Below, piece after piece: positions 17,804 through 28,303 of a DNA stretch of 64,000 nucleotides. Positions within the stretch are counted from its first letter, which is position 1. The number at the start of each line of letters is the position of its first letter. The position numbers were made by a program, and so were the translations under genes. The notes below the pieces were generated by a model that had not been told where the DNA came from, ran no database searches, and saw only the letters and a list, made by a program, of their open reading frames with translations. The DNA is from Candidatus Daviesbacteria bacterium (GTDB lineage Bacteria; Patescibacteriota; Microgenomatia; Daviesbacterales; UBA10151): assembly GCA_028715175.1 (NCBI GenBank), contig JAQUSJ010000001.1, positions 546,386 through 610,385 of the forward strand, given 5' to 3'.

Positions 17804-19459
17804 ATGCGGGTGAAAATTCTGCTTTTATTTTTTGTTTTCTCTTTTCTTTTTAAAACCGACCACTCATTTGACCAGGATTTGGGACGGCATTTAAAACTGG
17901 GTGAAATTATCTGGCAAACTAAAAACGTACCCCCAACCAACCTATTTTCTTATACATATCCTGATTTCCCGTTTATTAACAGCCATTGGTTGTTTGAAGT
18001 CCTGGTATATCTGGGACAACAAACAATCGGTCTGCAAGCAGTTTTGGTTCTAAAAATTCTTACCATACTGTTGGCTGTTTGGTTAGTTCTTGAAACAATC
18101 CCTAAAAAACAATACTTACTGCTGCCTGTTGCCTTTATTTTTTTACATACCCTAAGAGAAAGACCGGAGTTGAGACCGGAGATATTCAGCTTCCTTTTTA
18201 CAGCTCTTACTATTTATCTTTTAGATAAATTTGAAAAAACCAGAACCAAGTTGGTCAGCTTATTGCCGGTAATTCAACTTCTTTGGGTCAATATTCATAT
18301 TTATTTCATCATCGGCATTATCCTGCAAGCAATTTTCTTACTACATCTAAGTTACCAATACTTACGTTTACACCCCAAGGGTGTAAAGCTAAAGTTACTG
18401 GGAATTATTTTTACACTCTCGGTAGCGGTAAGTCTTATCAATCCTAGCGGATTGAAAGGGGTACTAAACCCCTTTCTCTATAGTACAAATTACGGCTATA
18501 CCATTGTTGAAAACCAGACAATGTTCCTCCTGGAAAGCATCAATTTTAGAAACCCTAATTTTTTGTTTGTAAAACTAGCCTCTGCGGCTATTCTTTTATC
18601 AATCGCAGTAGCCTTGTTTAAAAAAAGGCTTTTGATTAAAAATCTTCTTCTTGCCGTTTTTGGGCTAACTCTTGCCTTAGCGAATGTACGTAGCTTCCCT
18701 TATCTTGTATTCATTTCACTACCGGCAATTTTGGAAAATTTCGGTACACCCAAACTCACTCTGTTGCACAAGTTTTTTATTGTAATAACAGTTCCGCTGC
18801 TTTGTTTAGAAAGCTTTTTCTATTTAAACGGGGATTATTATCAATACACCAGCAGCGACAACCGGCCAAGATTAGAATTTAAAGAAAGCGGCAAGAATGC
18901 TTTGGATTTTGTTTTAAAAAATGATTTGCCTCAACCTGTTTTTAACAATTTTGATATCGGAAGCTACATTACATATCGTGGCTGGCCCAAATACCGTGTT
19001 TTTATTGACGGCAGACCGGGGGAGTATCCTAAAGAATTTTTCCAAAGTGTTTATATTCCGATGCAATCGGACCCGCAAAAATTCAAGGAGGTAGAACAAA
19101 AATTTGGCTTTAAGACCATTATTTTTTCCCACACAGATCAAACCCCCTGGGGAAAAGCTTTTTTAGCATCAATAGTCAAAGATCCTGACTGGAAAATAGT
19201 TTATGTAGATGATTTTATGATTATACTAGTAAAAAACAATGTTGTAGCCTCGCAAGGCCTAGCCTTGCAAACTCTTAGTCCGGTTACTTATTCTTTTGAT
19301 TCTTATGTTTCTTATCTCAGACTATCTTTATTCCTGGCTCAAACCGGAAACCCTCAGTCTGCCCAAAAGTTTGCTGAGAAAGCATTATCTCTTTTTCCAA
19401 AAAGCCCTTTGGGCAATGCCCTTTTTGGAATCAGTACCCCAAACAAATTCTTCTGGTAA
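17804..19459 (+). CDS. Polytopic membrane protein, GT-C glycosyltransferase-like, with TPR-like C-terminus
   Basis: DLGRHL..G, RPE and FIDGR motifs plus many TM helices. Confidence 0.6.
   Translation: MRVKILLLFFVFSFLFKTDHSFDQDLGRHLKLGEIIWQTKNVPPTNLFSYTYPDFPFINSHWLFEVLVYLGQQTIGLQAVLVLKILTILLAVWLVLETIPKKQYLLLPVAFIFLHTLRERPELRPEIFSFLFTALTIYLLDKFEKTRTKLVSLLPVIQLLWVNIHIYFIIGIILQAIFLLHLSYQYLRLHPKGVKLKLLGIIFTLSVAVSLINPSGLKGVLNPFLYSTNYGYTIVENQTMFLLESINFRNPNFLFVKLASAAILLSIAVALFKKRLLIKNLLLAVFGLTLALANVRSFPYLVFISLPAILENFGTPKLTLLHKFFIVITVPLLCLESFFYLNGDYYQYTSSDNRPRLEFKESGKNALDFVLKNDLPQPVFNNFDIGSYITYRGWPKYRVFIDGRPGEYPKEFFQSVYIPMQSDPQKFKEVEQKFGFKTIIFSHTDQTPWGKAFLASIVKDPDWKIVYVDDFMIILVKNNVVASQGLALQTLSPVTYSFDSYVSYLRLSLFLAQTGNPQSAQKFAEKALSLFPKSPLGNALFGISTPNKFFW
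18365..18393. repeat. Palindromic repeat family A (in CDS)
   Basis: CGTTTACACCCCAAGGGTGTAAAGCTAAA is identical to 37209-37237; the core recurs at 46384-46406. Confidence 0.88.
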
Positions 19460-19476
19460 AACTAATGGTGTGTGCG

Positions 19477-19508
19477 TATCCCACCCCAGGGGTGGGATAG
19501 GTTGACAC
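19477..19508. repeat. REP-like palindrome (intergenic)
   Basis: TATCCCACCCC-A-GGGGTGGGATA hairpin. 19486-19508 matches the reverse complement of 32840-32862 at 22/23. Confidence 0.8.
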
Positions 19509-19516
19509 CGTATCTT

Positions 19517-20425
19517 TTAAGCTAAGGCTTTTTTGGATTTTAGGAAGAAATAACCTACTACCAGAGCTGTTACAACAGGAGAGAGCCAGGAGGGGATATG
19601 AAAACCAAAACTATCCAAAACCATGATTACTCCCAAAAAGAAAATTGAATACATGGCCCCGTTTTTTAAAAAAATATACTTTTTAATTCTGTCTATATTA
19701 TGAATTGTAATCTCCCTGACTACAAAAGCACCAATCCCGTTGCCTATTAGAATTAAGGGGACTACAAGGGTAAAAGCAAAGGCTCCGATTACTCCATCTA
19801 TGGAAAAAGTAGCATCAATTACTTCCAAATAAAATAGCTTGCTTAAATCAGACCTGCCGGAAGAAAAAAGTTTTTTTTCCTGATCCTGGGCATTTTGCTT
19901 AAACCCATGGGTGATAAAAAAAGCAGTTGAGCCCACCACTGCTCCAAAAGCCATTAAGGGATTTACCTTTAGCGCAAACCAGACAACCGCAGATAAAATT
20001 ACGGAGGTAACTGCATAGAACCAGACGCCCTGAGAAAGCAGGAACCGCTCACCCCTGAGGCCAAAATTCTTAGTTTCCAAAAACAGCCAGTGAAAAAAGA
20101 GAAAAATCAAAAAAGTGCCCCCGCCGATTAGTAAAACAGGCGCCGAACTCTCAATTGCCTCCACCACCACAGGGTCGCTTGAAAAAGTTGCTGACAAAAT
20201 ACCCGCAACCCCTAAATCAGGGTTGGCAATCCAGACTATCAAAAAAGGCAGCAATCCTCTTATCAAAAAAACGGCTATCAGTAAACCCCAAAGAAGAAAC
20301 CATCTTTTAGCCCTCTCTCCCATGGTCGATAAAACCTGGGCATTAATAATGGCATTGTCCACCGAAGAGATAGTTTCAAATAAAACCAGGCCGGAAACTA
20401 TTAAAATTATGGTTAAAATATCCAC
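19517..20425 (-). CDS. DUF475/TerC-like membrane protein
   Basis: ETISSVDNA and LEVIDATFSIDGVIGAFA motifs. Confidence 0.85.
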   Translation of the reverse strand: MDILTIILIVSGLVLFETISSVDNAIINAQVLSTMGERAKRWFLLWGLLIAVFLIRGLLPFLIVWIANPDLGVAGILSATFSSDPVVVEAIESSAPVLLIGGGTFLIFLFFHWLFLETKNFGLRGERFLLSQGVWFYAVTSVILSAVVWFALKVNPLMAFGAVVGSTAFFITHGFKQNAQDQEKKLFSSGRSDLSKLFYLEVIDATFSIDGVIGAFAFTLVVPLILIGNGIGAFVVREITIHNIDRIKKYIFLKNGAMYSIFFLGVIMVLDSFGFHIPSWLSPVVTALVVGYFFLKSKKALA

Positions 20426-20445
20426 TTGTTTTATTATATACTAAG

Positions 20446-21738
20446 ATGGTGAAATTTAAGATTCCCAAGTCCTTTCCAAAGACTTTTATTATACTTTTAG
20501 TGGTTTTTGCTTTGGGCGTTGGTGTTGGACAAAAATTCATCGGGATCACCCAAAATAAACCTCAGGTAAACTTTGAGAAAAATACCCCGAAGGCTTTTAC
20601 TTCCGAAATCTATGACAAGATTAAAGAAAATTATTGGAATAATATCTCTGACGGCGAACTGCTGGATCTTTTTAGATTATCCATAGACAAAAATGGCGGC
20701 AGTACCGGCGTTGCCAAATTTGAAAACAAAGAAAAATTGCTGGAAACTATCAATAAATCAATCTCAGGCATGGATGAGGATCAAAGAAATAAATTCCTGG
20801 TCTCCGTTGCCGGAGTGGTTTTAAATTCATTAACCCCCCAGGGCAGATCCGGATTGTTTACTGAAAAACAGGAAGCGCAGCTTAAAAATACTGTTTCCAA
20901 TATTAATCCGGAAAAAGATTTATATAAAGATTTAAGGTTAGCCAAAGGGGCCTCTGAGGCAGCAGTACAACAGGCTTATCAAACAGAAGAGGCCAAATTA
21001 GCTAATGATAAATCACCCGAAGCAAAGGAAAAGTTGAAGCAAATTGCTTATGCCAGGGACACTTTAACCCAAAAAGATACCAAACAAAGATATGATCAAA
21101 ATCAAGTAGAACCCACTATTTTTGCAAAAATTGTCCCGCCGGCTACCTTATATGTGGAATTTAAAAAATTCTCGCCCACTTCTTTAGAGGAATTTCAAAA
21201 AGCTTTTGACAGTTATAAAGACCAACAGCTTAACGCCTTAATCTTTGACCTTAGGGGAAATATCGGCGGAGCTATTGATGCCACTGCCTACTTTTTAGGT
21301 TTTTTCCTGGGAAAAGACCAGTACGCGTTTGATTTTTACCATAAAGGCGAATATCTGCCATTTAAGACTGCTGCGGATAAGCTAGCCAGCCTTTCTAAAT
21401 ATAAACAGGTAGTAGTGTTGGTGGACCAAAACTCACAATCTTCTGCCGAGATGATAACAGCGTCTTTGAAAAAATATCATGCGGGAGTGGTGATAGGAGT
21501 TCCTACTAAAGGATGGGGGACGGTTGAGAGGGTTTTCCCCCTGGATAACCAAATCAGCCAGAATGAAAAATACTCACTGTTTTTAGTTCATTCTGTAACT
21601 TTAAGGGATGATAATCAGCCGATTGAGGGCCGGGGAGTAGACCCGGATATCAGCATTAAAGATCCGGCATGGCCGCAAAAACTGCTTTTATATTTTAACA
21701 ATCAAACTTTAGTTGATGCAGTAAAAACAGTGCTATAA
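20446..21738 (+). CDS. S41 (CtpA-like) peptidase with a J-domain-like insert
   Basis: DLRGNIGG, SQSSAE and IEGRGVDPD motifs, N-terminal TM, and a J-like segment at 20914-21099. Confidence 0.8.
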   Translation: MVKFKIPKSFPKTFIILLVVFALGVGVGQKFIGITQNKPQVNFEKNTPKAFTSEIYDKIKENYWNNISDGELLDLFRLSIDKNGGSTGVAKFENKEKLLETINKSISGMDEDQRNKFLVSVAGVVLNSLTPQGRSGLFTEKQEAQLKNTVSNINPEKDLYKDLRLAKGASEAAVQQAYQTEEAKLANDKSPEAKEKLKQIAYARDTLTQKDTKQRYDQNQVEPTIFAKIVPPATLYVEFKKFSPTSLEEFQKAFDSYKDQQLNALIFDLRGNIGGAIDATAYFLGFFLGKDQYAFDFYHKGEYLPFKTAADKLASLSKYKQVVVLVDQNSQSSAEMITASLKKYHAGVVIGVPTKGWGTVERVFPLDNQISQNEKYSLFLVHSVTLRDDNQPIEGRGVDPDISIKDPAWPQKLLLYFNNQTLVDAVKTVL

Positions 21739-21760
21739 TAGTATCTTGGAGGTGATAGAA

Positions 21761-22144
21761 ATGGCAGGTTATATCATCAATATTGAAGAAAAAACGCTCC
21801 AGAATGACTATTTTCGTGAAGTTTTATTTACTGCCCCCCATAGCCAGCTGGTGGTGATGAGTCTTTTGCCCGGTGAAGAAATTGGCATGGAAGTGCATGA
21901 AACTGTTGACCAGTTTTTGCGGATCGAAGAAGGGGAGGGAAAAGCTATTCTAAACGGAGAAGAACATCCCATCTCAGATGGTTTTGCAATTGTCGTGCCG
22001 GCAGGGACACAGCACAATGTCGTTAATACGTCTGCGGATAAAAAGCTTAAGCTGTATACAATTTACAGCCCGGCTGAGCACAGGGATAAAACTGTTCACA
22101 AAACTAAACAGGAAGCTCTTGCAGATACAGAAGACCATCCGTAA
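21761..22144 (+). CDS. Cupin domain protein
   Basis: EIGMEVH..VDQF and VPAGTQHNV motifs. Confidence 0.9.
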   Translation: MAGYIINIEEKTLQNDYFREVLFTAPHSQLVVMSLLPGEEIGMEVHETVDQFLRIEEGEGKAILNGEEHPISDGFAIVVPAGTQHNVVNTSADKKLKLYTIYSPAEHRDKTVHKTKQEALADTEDHP

Positions 22145-22150
22145 TATACT

Positions 22151-22837
22151 ATGTTCGGGTCATTGCTGCTACTTTTGACGCTCGTTTTAAATTCGTGGAC
22201 CTGGCAACTGGTTAAACAGAATCTGTTTTTAGCCTTTATTCTTTTAACAATAACAATATCCCTTTTTGCTTTAACATTTGCCGCAGAAAAATCTTTACGG
22301 AAGATTGCTTTTTTAGTACTTTTGTTAACTTTTTGCGTAGGGTCTTTTTACTTTTTACAGGGAAATTTTGACAGATCGCTAAGAGAAAAAAATCCGACTG
22401 AAGTAAGTATTGCTCTAAAACGGCATGGTTATTTCGCTGAGGGGTTAGGGAAGTTGTTTACCAATAAATTCAGTTTACAGTTTTTTAGCAACTGGTACTA
22501 TCCGATTACCAACTATTCAAGAAACATTTCTTATAGCATTGATCCAAATCTGTATTTTTTTATGAGTCACCCCAGAGAAAAATCAGGTATTGATGAATTC
22601 GGGAAATATTCACCGCTGCTGTTGCCTGTTTTTTTACTGGGGCTATTTACTCATTTTCTATCTTTGAGCAAATACAAAACATTAACCGCCTATTTAATTA
22701 CAGCAATAATCATAACCGGTTTTGCAACTCCATATTATAAATTAGGACCGGTTTTTTTATTTCCTTATCTTAATCTGATAATAGTACTGGGAGGAATAAA
22801 TTTCTTAAATTTTGTAAGAAAAAAATATGAAACTTAA
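22151..22837 (+). CDS. Membrane protein (glycosyltransferase-associated)
   Basis: Multiple TM segments; overlaps the next gene. Confidence 0.6.
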   Translation: MFGSLLLLLTLVLNSWTWQLVKQNLFLAFILLTITISLFALTFAAEKSLRKIAFLVLLLTFCVGSFYFLQGNFDRSLREKNPTEVSIALKRHGYFAEGLGKLFTNKFSLQFFSNWYYPITNYSRNISYSIDPNLYFFMSHPREKSGIDEFGKYSPLLLPVFLLGLFTHFLSLSKYKTLTAYLITAIIITGFATPYYKLGPVFLFPYLNLIIVLGGINFLNFVRKKYET

Positions 22838-24464
22838 AGAAATCATGGCAGTTACTCTTATTATAGCAATGACGGCTTTAGTCAGGTTAACGACTTTGGA
22901 TCAAGTACCGGCAGGACTGTATGTAGACGAGGCCTCAATAGGCTACAATGCTTTTTCGATCGTTGAAACAGGTAAAGATGAGTACGGCAAACCTTTCCCG
23001 CTGTTTTTTAGGTCTTTTGCCACTTTTCAGGCCCCTCTTTATACATATCTAACAACCATCCCAATTTTGATTTTTGGATTAAATATATTTTCGGTACGGC
23101 TTGTTTCCGCTCTGTCGGGAATTTTACTTATTTTGATAACCTACTTTTTTGTAAAAAAATTGCAAACTAAAAACAGCACAAAACTTGCTTTTTTATCCAT
23201 TGTTGTTTTGGGATTTTCTCCCTGGGCAATATTTCAAAGCCGTGTCGCCGTTGAAGCAAATTTGGCTCTTACATTACTTATCCTCAGTTTGTATATATTC
23301 TTATTGTCACTTAAAAAGATTATTTATTTTGTTCCGGCTTGCATAACTTTAGCTATATCCAGTTATGCATATCACGGCCAGAGAATACTGGTCTTTGTTT
23401 TTTTGGCCTTTATTCTGCTTTGGTTTAATAAATATTTACGAGATCACAAAAGATTTGTAGCGTTGGGCGTTGGGTTTTTTCTTTTGATTTTAATACCGCA
23501 ACTATTGCTTTCCACCACCTCCGGATCTTTACAACGATTCAGCACGCAAGGATATATGCAACAGGAAGTTTTTGAAAAATTTGGAGCCGGCTTCAAGCAA
23601 ATTCCATTAGCTGGAAGATATTTATACATAACCAGAAAATTTGTTGCTCAGTATATTTCTTCTTATTCTCCACGGAGTTTATTTTTTGAACCGGAAAATC
23701 AGCTTTTCCGGTCAATGTCTAACTTAAGTACTTTTTATATTTGGATGATCATACCTTTTTTTCTAGGAATAAAACAGATCTGGGAAAATAAAAACGACCC
23801 GGTTATCAGGCTTATTTTAGCTTGTATTGTTTTAGGTCCGCTACCTGCCACACTGACAGGAGACCCATTCTATACCTTAAGAATGCTGCCAATGCTCTGG
23901 GGGTTAAGTATTTTAATCGCCTTTGGACTTTTTTATATTTTTAAAAAGATGCATTTAAAATTTTTTAAGTTAGGATTAGGTTTGTTGCTTATTGCGCTGT
24001 CTTGTTTTATGTTCTATACCTCATACTTTATCCTGTTTAAGAAAGAAAGATCATCTGCTTTTGGGCAACCATATTTAAAATTTGCCCAACAAACCGAACA
24101 AATGAAAGATAAAAAATTCCTTTTGGATTCTGAAATGTATGATGCGCCATACATTTTAATGGCTTTCTACAAAAAACTTGATCCTTTCAAGATGCAGCTG
24201 CAAACTGATCCGGTTTTGCTAAAGGATTATTATACAAATACCGGCTTTAACAAATACCGGGTAGTTGAAAATGTGGCTGTAAAACCGCTGAATTGGTCTT
24301 TAGATCCTTGTATAGATCAAATCATAGTGGGGGATGCAGGAACATTATCAGAAAGTCAGGCAAATGAACATTTCTTTACGCTGGTTTCAGAATATAAAGA
24401 CCTGGAAGGAAAAATAATTTTATGGGCATATCAAACTAACCCGGTAAAAGCCTGTAAAAAATAA
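22827..24464 (+). CDS. ArnT/PMT-like (GT-C) glycosyltransferase
   Basis: PAGLYVDEASIGYNA...G.DEYG and PLYTY motifs. Confidence 0.85.
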   Translation: MKLKEIMAVTLIIAMTALVRLTTLDQVPAGLYVDEASIGYNAFSIVETGKDEYGKPFPLFFRSFATFQAPLYTYLTTIPILIFGLNIFSVRLVSALSGILLILITYFFVKKLQTKNSTKLAFLSIVVLGFSPWAIFQSRVAVEANLALTLLILSLYIFLLSLKKIIYFVPACITLAISSYAYHGQRILVFVFLAFILLWFNKYLRDHKRFVALGVGFFLLILIPQLLLSTTSGSLQRFSTQGYMQQEVFEKFGAGFKQIPLAGRYLYITRKFVAQYISSYSPRSLFFEPENQLFRSMSNLSTFYIWMIIPFFLGIKQIWENKNDPVIRLILACIVLGPLPATLTGDPFYTLRMLPMLWGLSILIAFGLFYIFKKMHLKFFKLGLGLLLIALSCFMFYTSYFILFKKERSSAFGQPYLKFAQQTEQMKDKKFLLDSEMYDAPYILMAFYKKLDPFKMQLQTDPVLLKDYYTNTGFNKYRVVENVAVKPLNWSLDPCIDQIIVGDAGTLSESQANEHFFTLVSEYKDLEGKIILWAYQTNPVKACKK

Positions 24465-24478
24465 AGTCTTAAGAATAA

Positions 24479-24709
24479 TTATTTTTTACTGTGTAAACCC
24501 AGGAGACTTACGATGAAAACAACCAGATACATTACTAATCCATAAACACAAGCGGGCAAACCTGCAATCGGCTTAGAATTCACCCCACAGCTGACAAACA
24601 AAAAATTACAGCTACCAACAAAAAGTTCCTGGTAGGAAAGGAAGCCTGAAAAAAGAATTCCTATCAAGGAGATAATTAAGATTACTTTTAATGCTCTTTC
24701 TTTTACCAT
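24479..24709 (-). CDS. Small membrane protein resembling the N-terminal half of VKOR
   Basis: Two TMs with a C-x5-C loop and GLPACVYG. Confidence 0.5.
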   Translation of the reverse strand: MVKERALKVILIISLIGILFSGFLSYQELFVGSCNFLFVSCGVNSKPIAGLPACVYGLVMYLVVFIVSLLGLHSKK

Positions 24710-24835
24710 TATATTTAGTATTTCACTTTAATTTTCCCCCGTCAAGCATGGCGGAACAAAGAATTGCTGTAACAGGAAATCTCAATTGACACACTTTTAG
24801 GAAGTCTGAATTGATACAACTAGAGACCAGTAAAC

Positions 24836-24904
24836 TGTCATTCTGGGGAACGAAGTGACTCCAGAATCAAACCTAGAAAGGATTCTGGACAAGCCAGAAT
24901 GACA
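24836..24904. repeat. TGTCAT-type double-hairpin repeat (family E, intergenic)
   Basis: TGTCATTCTGG...CCAGAATC...GATTCTGG...CCAGAATGACA. Confidence 0.8.
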
Positions 24905-25036
24905 TGGTTAATAACAAGCTAATTTGTTACATTTGAGATTTCCGTTTTATGTAACATTTCAGATTTCCCTTAACAATCTAAGGATTAGACAAAAAGTGCC
25001 GGAAATGCGAAAATAATTAATATTAAGATTAAGAAA

Positions 25037-26221
25037 ATGTTGAAAAAAATAGTTAATTTTATTCCCGGGGCAATTGGCTGGTTTTTCAAGACTTCATGGA
25101 AGAAGAAGCTTGTTGTTACTCTGCTGATTTTGATTGCCGGTTTTTTTATAGGTTATAAAATCATTTCCGGCAGTAAAGAAGGATATACTTTGGGCACAGT
25201 CCAAAAACATACTGTAACTGAAATAGTTACCGAATCGGGTATTGTCGCTACAAACGGCAGTGTAAATATTTACTCTCCAACTAACGGGGTAATTGATCAG
25301 GTTTTTGTGGCAAATGGGGAAAGTATTAACGAAAATCAAGTACTGTTTACCGTCAAAAGTACCGCGACCTCGCAAGAGAAGACTACAGCATATGCCGCTT
25401 ACGAGGCTGCAGTAGCGGCTGTCAAACAAGCGGAGAATACTCACCGTGAGACTTTAGCAACAGTAGAACGTGTCCATGATGATGTTAAAAATCACAGTAA
25501 GGATGAGTCTTTCCTGCAAAAAGAGACCCGGACTACTGCGGAGGTAGCTAATGATAATGCTTATGACGCTCTGACAGCTGCGCGTGCGAAGTTACTTTCC
25601 GCCCAAGTTGCGTATCAGGCAACACAAAATTCGAAAGTTGTAGCACCGGTTTCCGGTACGGTTTCTAACCTGTCTGTGGTTAAAGGAAGCAGTGTGGTTG
25701 TAAATAACGTTCTTGTCCCGACTGTACCGGTATTGGTAATTAGCGGTCCAGGAGAAACTGAAATAGTGGTATCTGTTGGTGAAAATGACATCGATAAGAT
25801 AAAAACCGGTCAGGAAGTTGAAATTAAACTGGATGCGATAGATGACAGGATTTACAAAGGTATGGTCAAGAGGTTTGATAATAATGGAACCATAACGCAA
25901 GGCGTTGTTAAGTTTAACGTATATATCATACTAACAGATTCGGATGACAGGATTAAATCCGGGATGACGGCGGACGTCGATATTGTCACGAATAAGCTGA
26001 CAGACGTGCTTGCTGTGCCAAACTCTGCAATAAAACCTTATCAAAAAGGCCGTGCAGTCAGAAAACTAGGAAGCAACGGCAAACTAGAGTTTATACCGGT
26101 TAAAATTGGCCTCCGGGGAAAAGAGTTTACACAAATTATTGAAGGGTTAACAGAAAACCAGGAAATTGTAGTGTCGCTTACCAACGAGAAGACTGGTAGA
26201 AAAAGCCTCTTAGGATTTTAA
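25037..26221 (+). CDS. Efflux periplasmic adaptor (MacA-like)
   Basis: N-terminal TM, lipoyl-like halves (SPTNGVI, APVSGTV) and GMTA motif. Confidence 0.88.
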   Translation: MLKKIVNFIPGAIGWFFKTSWKKKLVVTLLILIAGFFIGYKIISGSKEGYTLGTVQKHTVTEIVTESGIVATNGSVNIYSPTNGVIDQVFVANGESINENQVLFTVKSTATSQEKTTAYAAYEAAVAAVKQAENTHRETLATVERVHDDVKNHSKDESFLQKETRTTAEVANDNAYDALTAARAKLLSAQVAYQATQNSKVVAPVSGTVSNLSVVKGSSVVVNNVLVPTVPVLVISGPGETEIVVSVGENDIDKIKTGQEVEIKLDAIDDRIYKGMVKRFDNNGTITQGVVKFNVYIILTDSDDRIKSGMTADVDIVTNKLTDVLAVPNSAIKPYQKGRAVRKLGSNGKLEFIPVKIGLRGKEFTQIIEGLTENQEIVVSLTNEKTGRKSLLGF

Positions 26222-26223
26222 TA

Positions 26224-26928
26224 ATGATAAAAAATAATATACCCCTTATTAGCCTGGAAGGAGTTATTAAAAGATATCCAATTGGAATAAACGACTATTA
26301 TCAAGCTCTTAACGGTATTGATTTAAAAATCAATGAAGGAGAATTCGTAGCAATTATGGGCCCTTCAGGAAGCGGTAAATCCTCTCTTATGCATATAATA
26401 GGCGCTTTGGACAGAGTCACAGAAGGTAAGCAGTTTTTTAAAGGTAAAAACATAGCCAGCTTCAGTGAAGATCATCTCGCGGAAATAAGAAATAAGGAAA
26501 TCGGTTTCGTATTTCAGTTTTTTAATTTACTTCCCAGGATGACTGTTTTTAAAAATGTTGAGCGTCCGATGCTTTATGGAAAAATTCCGGCCAGTGAGCG
26601 TAAAAAGCGTGTCATGAATGCCTTGAATATTGTGGGTATAGCTGAAAAGGCGGAAAATCTGTCCAATCATATATCCGGAGGTCAGATACAAAGAGTGGCA
26701 ATTGCCAGAGCCTTGATCATGGAACCCTCAGTTATACTCGCAGATGAACCTACAGGGAATTTAGATACCAAAACTGCTCATGAAATTATGAGTATTTTAA
26801 CAAATTTAAATAAGGAAGGTCACACCATTGTAATTATCACTCATGAGGATGATATAGCGAGCTTTGCAAAAAGAAGAATTAGATTAGTTGACGGGAAAAT
26901 TGTGTCAGATACTGATAATAAAAGATAA
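26224..26928 (+). CDS. ABC transporter ATP-binding protein (MacB/LolD-like)
   Basis: GPSGSGKS, ISGGQ and DEPTGNLD motifs. Confidence 0.95.
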   Translation: MIKNNIPLISLEGVIKRYPIGINDYYQALNGIDLKINEGEFVAIMGPSGSGKSSLMHIIGALDRVTEGKQFFKGKNIASFSEDHLAEIRNKEIGFVFQFFNLLPRMTVFKNVERPMLYGKIPASERKKRVMNALNIVGIAEKAENLSNHISGGQIQRVAIARALIMEPSVILADEPTGNLDTKTAHEIMSILTNLNKEGHTIVIITHEDDIASFAKRRIRLVDGKIVSDTDNKR

Positions 26929-26930
26929 TT

Positions 26931-28136
26931 ATGGAACTTAGGGAAACTTTAAAATCTGCAATACAGGCTTTACGCATAAACGCCCTCAGATCATCCTTAA
27001 CCATGCTGGGTATCATTATAGGTATTACCGCGGTGATACTTATTTCCTCTGTCGGGCAGGGAACAGTAGCTTTCATTTCCAACGAGTTGACCTCATTTGG
27101 TACTAATTTTTTTTCAATTAATCCGGGAAATAACTTTATAAGTACAATAACCGGTGGGGGTGAACCATTAACAACTGCAGATATAGAAGCAATCAAAGAT
27201 GCCAACATCCCAAACATTGAAAACATTGCTGCTTTTTCTTATACGAGCAAAGTCGTTTCTGCCGACGAAGAGTCAAAAAGAACGAGCGTATATGGGATGA
27301 CACCGGAGGCACAAGAAATGCTTAAACCCGATTTAATTTACGGTGAATTCTTATCAGAGGATGACAGCAATAATCGTGTAGTTGTTCTCGGTTCGGATGT
27401 AGTGGAAGATTTATTTGGAAAAGATACAAATCCGGTAGGCGAATCTGTGAAAATTGATGATATCCGCTTTGTGGTAATTGGTGTTTCAAAAAGCGGTGGC
27501 AGCTTGTTTGGAAGTTTTTTTAACACTGCAGTTAATATTCCGCTTGGAACATTGCAAAATCAGATCACCGGTAATGATGAAATCAATGAGATTGATATTG
27601 GTGTCCGGAACATTGATCTTCTCAACGAAACTATGGATGAGGTCGAGTTGGTGTTAAGAGACCACCGACACATCAGTGATATGGAAGAAAATGATTTTGT
27701 TTTACAGAGTTTTGAGGGTGCTCTGGACACATTCGAAACTATTACTACTTTACTGACCGTTTTCATCACCGGAATTTCTGCCATATCGCTTTTGGTCGGC
27801 GGGGTGGGGGTTATGAACATAATGCTTGTGTCTGTTACCGAGAGAACAAAAGAGATAGGTCTTCTGAAAGCAATCGGGGCCAAACGCAAAGATATCCTGA
27901 CTCAGTTTCTGATCGAGTCGGCGGTGATGACTACAATTGGTGGATTCGCCGGTATTATATTGGGACTTGGAGGCACATTTCTGATATCTGTTACTGTCGG
28001 TATCCCTTTCATAATAAGTGTGCCCTGGATACTTTTGGGGGTTGGCATATCGACACTAGTCGGGCTTGTATTTGGTATATACCCGGCAAGAAAAGCTGCC
28101 GACCTGCTTCCTATAGATGCCTTGCGCTATGAATGA
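26931..28136 (+). CDS. ABC transporter permease (MacB/FtsX-like)
   Basis: LTMLGIIIG, GVMNIMLVSVTERTKEIG and PIDALRYE motifs. Confidence 0.95.
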   Translation: MELRETLKSAIQALRINALRSSLTMLGIIIGITAVILISSVGQGTVAFISNELTSFGTNFFSINPGNNFISTITGGGEPLTTADIEAIKDANIPNIENIAAFSYTSKVVSADEESKRTSVYGMTPEAQEMLKPDLIYGEFLSEDDSNNRVVVLGSDVVEDLFGKDTNPVGESVKIDDIRFVVIGVSKSGGSLFGSFFNTAVNIPLGTLQNQITGNDEINEIDIGVRNIDLLNETMDEVELVLRDHRHISDMEENDFVLQSFEGALDTFETITTLLTVFITGISAISLLVGGVGVMNIMLVSVTERTKEIGLLKAIGAKRKDILTQFLIESAVMTTIGGFAGIILGLGGTFLISVTVGIPFIISVPWILLGVGISTLVGLVFGIYPARKAADLLPIDALRYE

Positions 28137-28159
28137 ACCATACAGAGAATTTGTAAAAA

Positions 28160-28303
28160 TTATTCAATTGGATGTTTCGCCCATGCTGGTATAGTGCGAA
28201 CATCTTCAACATTAAGTCTGTATGACCAATAATTTCTCCATCTATCAAGCGTAGACTTAAACCAATAATTAGCATCGGCAATAATTAATTCAAAACCCTT
28301 CAT
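28160..28303 (-). CDS. Small ORF (47 aa) coupled to the upstream gene, or its frameshifted tail
   Basis: ATGA overlap with the stop of 28300-28725. MKGFELIIADANYWFKSTLDRWRNYWSYRL... Confidence 0.35.
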   Translation of the reverse strand: MKGFELIIADANYWFKSTLDRWRNYWSYRLNVEDVRTIPAWAKHPIE

